DNA from: Octopus sinensis
Lineage: Eukaryota
NCBI RefSeq assembly: GCF_006345805.1
Contig: NW_021833925.1
Span: 15,352-79,351, forward strand
Length of the DNA: 64,000 nt
Reading direction: 5' to 3'
A program made the position numbers and the translations under genes. Shown here piece after piece: positions 55,421 to 64,000 of this stretch. Positions within the stretch are counted from its first letter, which is position 1. Each line of letters begins with the position of its first letter. The notes below the pieces were generated by a model, which saw only the letters and a list, made by a program, of their open reading frames with translations, made no database searches and was not told the origin of the DNA.

Positions 55421-55955
55421 TATATATATATATATAATATGTATATATATATATAATTTATACAATACATTATTATTTTTTTTTGTTGATTCAGCTCAGA
55501 GCTGCGGCCATGCTGATGCAACGCCGTTTTTGTGCTACACTGTTACACGAAGAGCTTCCTCTGTATTGTGGCACTTGTGAAGAATGGAGGTTGATATAGC
55601 TACTCTCAATGCACCTCTTGCCGTGTATATATATATATGCATATATTATATATAATTATATATATTTATATTATACCTTTTTATATTATATATATTACAC
55701 ATATTTATATTATATATCATATATATATACGTATATATTATATATATAATATATTACCATACACATATTTGTTATATATATATGCATCGAATAAATATGC
55801 ATGCGCCACGAAGAACGAACTATAGACAATATATTACTTCTAAAGCTATATATATATTATATATATATAATACATATATGTACACACACAGGCACACCAC
55901 ACACACACACTCACACTACACATATACATTGATATAATACATATATATATTATAT

Positions 55956-56003
<48 letters not shown>

Positions 56004-56543
56004 GTATATATATATATATATATATATAATTTATACATATACATTATTAATTTTTTTTGTTGATTCAGCTCAGAGAGCTGCGGCCATGCTGATGCAACGC
56101 CGTTTGTGTGCTACACTGTTATACGAAGAGCTTCCTCTGATATGTGGCACTTGGTGAAGAATGGAGTTTGATATAGCTACTCTCAATTGGCACCTCTTGC
56201 CGTTATATATATATATGCATATATTATATATAATTATTATATTATATTATACCTTTTATATTATATATATTACACATATTTATATTATATATCATATATA
56301 TATATGTATATATTTATATAATATAATATTACACATACACAGATTTATATATATATGCATCGAATAAATATGCATGCGCACGAAGAACGAACTATAGACA
56401 TATATATACTTCTAAAGCTATATATATATTATATATAGTAATACATATAGTACACACACAGGCACACACACACACACACACACACTCACACATACACATA
56501 TACATTGATATATATACATATATATAATTAATATATATATATA

Positions 56544-56607
<64 letters not shown>

Positions 56608-57044
56608 TTTATCATATACATTATTAATTTTTTTTTTGATTCAGCTCAGAGCTGCGGCCATGCTGATGCAACGCCGTTTTGTGCTACACTGTTATTACGA
56701 AGAGCTTCCTCTGATATGTGGCACTTGGTGAAGAATGGAGTTTGATATAGCTACTTTCATTTGCACCTCTTGCCGTGTATATATATATGCATATATTATA
56801 TATAATTATATATATTTATATTATACCTTTTTATATTATATATATTACACATATTTATATTATATATCATATATATATATACGTATATATATTTATATAA
56901 TATAATATTACACATACACATATTTATATATATATGCATCGAATAAATATGCATGCGCACGAAGAACGAACTATAGACATAGATATACTTCTAAAGCTAT
57001 ATATATATATTATATATATATAATACATATATGTACACACACAG

Positions 57045-57075
<31 letters not shown>
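55283..57075. repeat. Tandem triplication of a ~575-bp unit
   Basis: The unique core gattcagctcagagctgcggccatgctgatgcaacgcc... recurs at 55488, 56062 and 56638 (spacing 574 and 576), with the same interrupted (TA)n/(CA)n pattern. Confidence 0.9.
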
Positions 57076-57076
<1 letters not shown>

Positions 57077-57119
57077 ATATATGCATATATATGTTTGTAT
57101 ATACACAGCTATAGAATTT

Positions 57120-57178
<59 letters not shown>

Positions 57179-57650
57179 TAAAGTACATGCTTATAACGAT
57201 GAATGAATAAAATATTCTCTATATGTTCTAAAAGCAAAAAAAAAAACAACAAAAAAAGCAACCTGGTACGAGGTAGTAGCCAATGAACGAGCAACATCTT
57301 TAAGACTCATGACCCTACAGCAGTAACAACAACAACCTTGGTAACCACTGCAACAACAGGAACACAGCGGGGGGAAACACACACACACACACATGCATCT
57401 AAGAAAACAAGAGCAACAAGAAGGGGGGGGTGTATATATAAAGCCACAACAACAACAACAATTAGATATTGAAACTTTTGAAACAATCATTCCTAGAGCA
57501 GCTGCTTTAGTTTATACATGAACATAAGAAAGAGAAGTGCAGAAGTACATAACAAATATGTAAAAATAAATACATTTTGAAACGCATGTGTGCGAATTAT
57601 ATATATATATATAAATTTTACATTATATATATATACATAATATACACCTA

Positions 57651-57684
<34 letters not shown>

Positions 57685-57907
57685 CTATATATATATGTAT
57701 ATATATTGATATGTATATTATATATAATATATATGTTATAATATAATATTTATATATATATATATATAATTATAATATATATATTATATATATATATAAT
57801 GTATGTATGTATGTATGTATGTATGTATTATGTATTTATGTATATAAAATGAAAATGCAACATAATAATGGCAAAGAAATGTAAAATTTGAAGATAATGC
57901 ATTGATA

Positions 57908-57938
<31 letters not shown>

Positions 57939-57953
57939 TATTATAACTATCAT

Positions 57954-58010
<57 letters not shown>

Positions 58011-58409
58011 GAAACGTAACAGCGATAGTAGTATTGTCGTCACCATTATCATGAGCATCCTCATCGTACCGAACCTACCATTGTCACCTACAGCACGACC
58101 ATCATCCTCATCATAATCAGCATCAACTTCATTAAAACCGGTTGTGTGGTAGAAATAATATCTTGGCTTAGTAATGTGTCTCGTATTAGTCCCACAAAAC
58201 TTAATAGACTAGAGTAGAATTAACAAAAGCTATTGTGAACAATGTTATACTGTCGTTTTCTCAAAGCCATTTTCCGTCTTTTTTCCTTTCTTCTGGATAA
58301 TGTGACAGTACTTATTTGTTTAGCTACATTTTTAAAAGGTTTTCGTGTAGAAATATTGCTAATTTCACTAACTCCAGTACTTAACTGGTATTAATATATC
58401 ACCTATGGG

Positions 58410-58753
58410 GGGAGGCGCAATGGCCCAGTAGTTAGGGCAGCGGACTCGCGGTCGTAGGATCGCGGTTTCGATTCCCAGACCGGGCATTGTGAGTGTTTAT
58501 TGAGCGAAAACACCTAAAGCTCCACGAGGCTCCGGCAGGGGATGGTGGTGATCCCTGCTGTACTCTTTCACCACAACTTTCTCTCACTATTTCTTCCTGT
58601 TTCTGTTGTACCTGTATTTCAAAAAGGCCGGCCTTGTCACTCTCTGTGTCACGCTGAATATCCCCACTTACACGTTAATTTCACGAGCAGGCTGTTCCGT
58701 TGGTCGGATCAACCGGAACCCTCATCGTCGTAACCGACGGAGTGCTTCCATCC
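58410..58753 (+). mobile_element. Full-length tRNA-derived SINE with 12-bp target-site duplication
   Basis: Head ggaggcgcaatggcccagtagttagggcagcgg...ggtttcgattccc. TSD atcacctatggg at 58398-58409 and 58754-58765. Confidence 0.9.
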
Positions 58754-59176
58754 ATCACCTATGGGTGAAAAGCAAAATTTACTAGACCGCCTTTTAAAAT
58801 GAAGGTGACGAAATTAAAAATCTGTATGACATATTGTATTGTGTGAAGTCGGATGGCTCAATGGTTAGATATTCAGGCTCACAATCATGTGGTAGTGGAT
58901 TTGATTTCCGGACCGAGTTGTTTGTCTGGTTTTAGTTGCAATAAGTCAATATCTACTGCAGCGTTTCTCCGATAATAACTCAAGTTTTTAATGACAGTCG
59001 GTACACAAAAGTGGATATGGGCATCAGACACTCTTGCTAACAGATCATGGAAGTGCTGGTCAAAGAATTATACTGAATCTATTCACGCTGCAATAACACA
59101 CGTTGGAAAATGAGTACATAATTTGCATACAACAAAAACTTCGTGGTTTATTAAAAAAAGAAAGAAATGAATGGAG

Positions 59177-59216
<40 letters not shown>

Positions 59217-59799
59217 TTGCTAAACTTCGCTAAGATATTTCAATTAACCTGAAGATTGACTGTAACCATAACTCGAATTATTACGAATTGTACAGCCTTG
59301 AAACGATCGTAGTGTTTTTACTTTTTATCTTTATTAAACTTTTAATACTTTTTGATATATATTTAAAATATATAAATTAATTAATTTTATGTATTGGCTT
59401 ATGTTTTTCATTGTTTGATTTGCCTAATAGTGGTTTTATCTCTGAGTGTTTCTTTGTATAATGTGTTAGTAAAGAACAAAGAATAAATTCTTTTTTTCCC
59501 TCCTGAAAATTATTAAATATGGCTTAAATTTTGTTCTCTCCGGGCTGCGAAATCCAGCTTTGGTGCTCGTAACTGACGATGCGAAAAACTCAGAAATGCA
59601 TGCATCATACGACTCAATGACGTGTGCTTCACAACCCAGTAGAAGGAGAACATTTTCCCGGAAATACTACCGCAGCAAAAGGTCTTTTCACATCAGAGTA
59701 AAATCATGTTGTTTCTTCTGTGCGTAATACACGTATTGTATGATTTTACATAAATAGATATATAATATATATGAATTATAATTATATATATAATATATA

Positions 59800-59932
<133 letters not shown>

Positions 59933-60118
59933 CATATGACGCTATTGGTGGCATCAGCAAAAAAGTGCTCCATCCACTGAGAGATAAATATCATCTAATA
60001 AGCCTCAGTACTTAAATACGAGATACCATTAGTTTCATGCCGTGGAAAGCAATAAACTGGCAACTTTAGATTTTATGTCTCCTGCTTCCATGTGTGTGTA
60101 TGTGTGTGTGTGTGTGTG

Positions 60119-60174
<56 letters not shown>

Positions 60175-60398
60175 TGCAATTTATGGAATAATTTTGTTCT
60201 TGTTTTAACTTTCAAAAAATTCGTTCCATTTATATTACATAGGCAATTGTCATACTTCTGAAATCCCTTTAATTCATTTTTAAATATCTTATTAAGCACA
60301 CATATGATAAATTCGCCTAATGCTCAGATAAATTATAATGTATTTTGTAGAACATGTATAAACGTTTGTGTGTGAATGTGTGTACGTACTAGTTGTGA

Positions 60399-60432
<34 letters not shown>

Positions 60433-60798
60433 TACATATATATTTGTATATGTATACATATTCATACATACATACATACATACATACACACACATATATA
60501 TATATATATATATGTGTGTGTGTATACAGGGAGAGAGAGGGGGAGAAAGAGAAACACGCAATCATAGTATACATAAATATCTACATAACTTCATGGATCA
60601 ATGAAGATCAATCACTATATGAACATGATTACGTTATTGATCACAATCGATACGTAACTGTTATTACACCTACATTCATTTATAATAAATGGGTATGATG
60701 TTTTAGTTTAATAGTTTCATTGCACTATTATATCGTTTGTCTTTATCTCGGGGGAGGTTTTCACATGAAACTACGTTTATGTTCAAATAACTGTGTGT

Positions 60799-60850
<52 letters not shown>

Positions 60851-61245
60851 ATACATAAATACATACATAGATACATGCATACATGTATACATACATATAT
60901 ACATATATGCATACATAAATATTTACATATGTATGTGTGTGTGTGTGTGTGTGCATGAATGTATATATCTGTCTATCTCTCTCCCTCTCTCTGTATATAT
61001 ATATATATATATATATACATTTACATACACGGCAGGAGGTGCAGATGAGAGCAGCTGCATCGAACTCTCTCATGCACCAAATGGTAGTTGCTAAAAAGCA
61101 TTCGTGAAGTAAAACCATGTAGCAACACCAAATGGCGGTGCCCCAGCATGGCCACAGCTCGTGAGCTGAAACTAGAATCAATCAATCAATCAATCAATCA
61201 ATCATACATATATATATATGTATGTATTTACATATATATATATAT

Positions 61246-61329
<84 letters not shown>

Positions 61330-61332
<3 letters not shown>

Positions 61333-61505
61333 GTTGGCCTTCTTTCAGTTTCCATCTGCCAAATCCACTCACGAGGCTTTGGTCGGCCCGAGAGTATAGT
61401 AGAATACACTGGCCTAAGGTGCCGCGCAGTGGGACTGAACCTGGAGCCATGCATTGGGAAGCATGCCACTTACAATACCGCTACTCCTATGCCTGCCACT
61501 CCTGC
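61330..61505 (-). mobile_element. 5890-family SINE 5' half
   Basis: ttctttcagtttccatctgccaaatccactcacgaggctttggtcggccc...aaggtgccgcgcagtgggactgaacc...ccactcctgcg. Confidence 0.75.
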
Positions 61506-61612
61506 GTGGAACTTGGAAGTAGATAATAATACTACCGGATAGTGCTGGGCAATTCTGAAAATGGAGGAGCTTTTATTGTATCTTAGTATGCTCCTAACGG
61601 AATATGCCATAA

Positions 61613-61658
<46 letters not shown>

Positions 61659-61940
61659 ACTTGGTGTGTATGTAATATATAATTATATATATATAATATT
61701 ATAAATGTTGTGTGTATGTATCTTGGAATATACATATATATACATACGTATATATGCATTTATGTGTGTGTGTGTGTGTGTGAGCACTCATAGATATGAA
61801 TGCATTTATACATATGTATAACACTGTCTTTCTCTTTGTCTAACTTTTCCTATGAATTTGCCTATATTATTCGTTCACCTCTCCTTCTCTCTCATTTCCT
61901 TTCCCTCATTCTCCTTTTCTTTCCTTCTCTATTTCACTCC

Positions 61941-61977
<37 letters not shown>

Positions 61978-64000
61978 CTATCTCTTATACACACATACAC
62001 TCACTATCTCTGCCTTACTAATTTTCCCATTACCTCAATATTTTAACTCAATATTTTTTTATTCACACTCTCTCATGCACAAATCCTATGCTCTCTCTCT
62101 CTCTCTTGGCTGCGATAAAATCTGCATACTTCGTTTATGATGAATTCTTGTCACTTGTTTACTTCATGTAGACAGAAAAATCATATCACCGACCGTTTAG
62201 CTGTTGTAGTGAGCAAGAACTACGCTGCCTATATCCATGTACACATTTCAAAAATTGCCGCTTTATGAATTTTGAGCGTCGCAGATTCAAGTCCCTCTGC
62301 GGGCCGTAATAATTTACCATTCACGTGATATAGCGTTTCGATAAATGAACTCGATAGAAGTGCCAGACTAAAAGAAAAGAAAAAAAAGTAATAAAAAATA
62401 CAGGAACTGGTCCCGATATTTCTCAACTAAACACTTCAAAGCGGTGCCCCAGAATGGCCACAGTCTATTGCCTGAAACAAGTAAAAGATAAGAGATATAC
62501 GTGTGTATGTGTGAAGTTATGACTTTTAAGTGTTGGTCTCTCAGGACACGAGTGAATAGCCATTTCATAGATATATGTTTAGTATTTTTTGTATAAGTTA
62601 CAAAGGTATGTATTTGTCTATGATTGTTTTATTTCCCCGCGCACACACGCGTGTGTGCACATATCTTTATTGCTTCATTCAGCAGTTCTTCATTAATGTA
62701 TGCTTGTTGAAGCTATATAGGCTATAAACCTATTTATTACTGATATTTCCTCGTTACATCTACCAGCCGTGTCTAGATGCTGTGAAAATAGGAAGTGGCT
62801 AGAACAGATAAACCTTTATTTGTAGTTGCAGACTCTGGGTCAGCTTCAAGAATGTTGTTTGTGATAGCAAAGTATTGCAGTCGCTGAATGCTAGAATATG
62901 CTTTCACAATGGCTTATATACATAAGTGATCGAGATAGTGAACTTATATTTTCGAATTATGAATGGGCGGTGGGTTATACACTGACTAATGGGATTGTAT
63001 AGAACTGTGTGTTCTGGTCTGTTTGGCAGTGACTTCATCTTGCGTTCAGTTCTTAAATTGGATCCCTATAATTTTCATTGAAGTTCAGTGGCGGAGATGT
63101 TGGGCTCCTGTAATTTATGGAAACACAATTTTGCGTGCAAAAGTATTTTCGCATTATGCAGAATACAACATCATTATATGTAAATATATACATATACACA
63201 CACACCTATATATCTTTATAATCAAATTTTAAATCAAGTAGCCACCATGTCTACACCCTATAAGTAACAATTAATACAAAATATAACAATTATATAAATA
63301 TAATTATAGTAAAGGCGCTCTATGCTAGAAATAGACACCAAATGGCCCTAAGAACTACATTATTTACCACATTTGTACGGGCTGAAAGTGAGGAAATGAC
63401 ATACAATAAAACAAGGAAAATGGACAGCTTACCTAGTTTTAATATATTTTACATGATGGAGTATTGTGGTAGTCGACCGGTTTTCTTCTTTTATTGTTAT
63501 TATTAGTATTATTATTATTATTATTATATATGCAGTACAACTCACCACGTGGAGTTAATCGGATTTATCTTTTTGATATTATATATATATATATATATAT
63601 ATATACAACACACACACACACACAACACACCAACACACACACACAACCACATTCACACATATCACAATACCCATATATATATATATTATATATATATATA
63701 TGCTAAGACATCTCGAACGATTTCTGTTGCTAATAATGATAAGAAAAACGCTTTTCAAGCTTTCTTTCTCAGTCAGAATAATTCTAACTTCGTTCGCATA
63801 TGAGAAGCATTAAGCATTGCATTTTCATGGAAACCGTCTTAAGAAGATTGAGAACTGTACATTGAACGATAGGTTGGTTTGACTGCTAACGAGAATGTAA
63901 ACATACAGGAGATAGATAGAAAGAAAGGTAGATAAATATGTTTCTTTATTAGCCACACAGGGCTGCACACAGACAGAACAAATTACAAGTAGAGCTTTTT

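Noticed and set aside
58410-58485. Functional tRNA gene (also 5385-5460 and 20040-20113)
   Set aside because: A and B boxes are present but continue into SINE bodies, one with a TSD. I could not fold a proper acceptor stem and there is no adjacent terminator.
62641-62658. 18-bp perfect palindrome gcacacacgcgtgtgtgc
   Set aside because: Expected by chance where (CA)n meets (TG)n.

Overview
AT-rich, microsatellite-saturated eukaryotic DNA. The repeat families resemble those of octopus/coleoid cephalopods (inference from recalled repeat families, not a database result). The only host gene I can support is the 3' half of a + strand LIM-homeobox gene of the Lhx1/5 (Lim1/lin-11) class. It has a homeodomain helix-3 exon at 13497-13677 and a C-terminal exon starting at 45133 that the ORF track misses, joined in phase across a ~31.5-kb intron. 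The rest is simple repeats and mobile-element debris: several tRNA-headed SINE families, R4/Dong-type retrotransposon 3' ends in (TAA)n arrays, a ~550-bp non-coding (TAA)n-associated element, a Helitron/Helentron-type element, RTE and CR1-clade LINE remnants, a 9 x ~193-bp tandem array and a ~575-bp triplication. The most striking non-coding signal is a set of minimal hammerhead-ribozyme-like motifs in Penelope-like terminal repeats. One is a U3-A8 core variant present in both arms of a loop-less ~630-bp palindrome inside the Lhx1 intron. Small homopolymer indels between repeat copies suggest imperfectly polished long-read sequence, so single-base details need checking. Nearly all ORF-track proteins are microsatellite translations.
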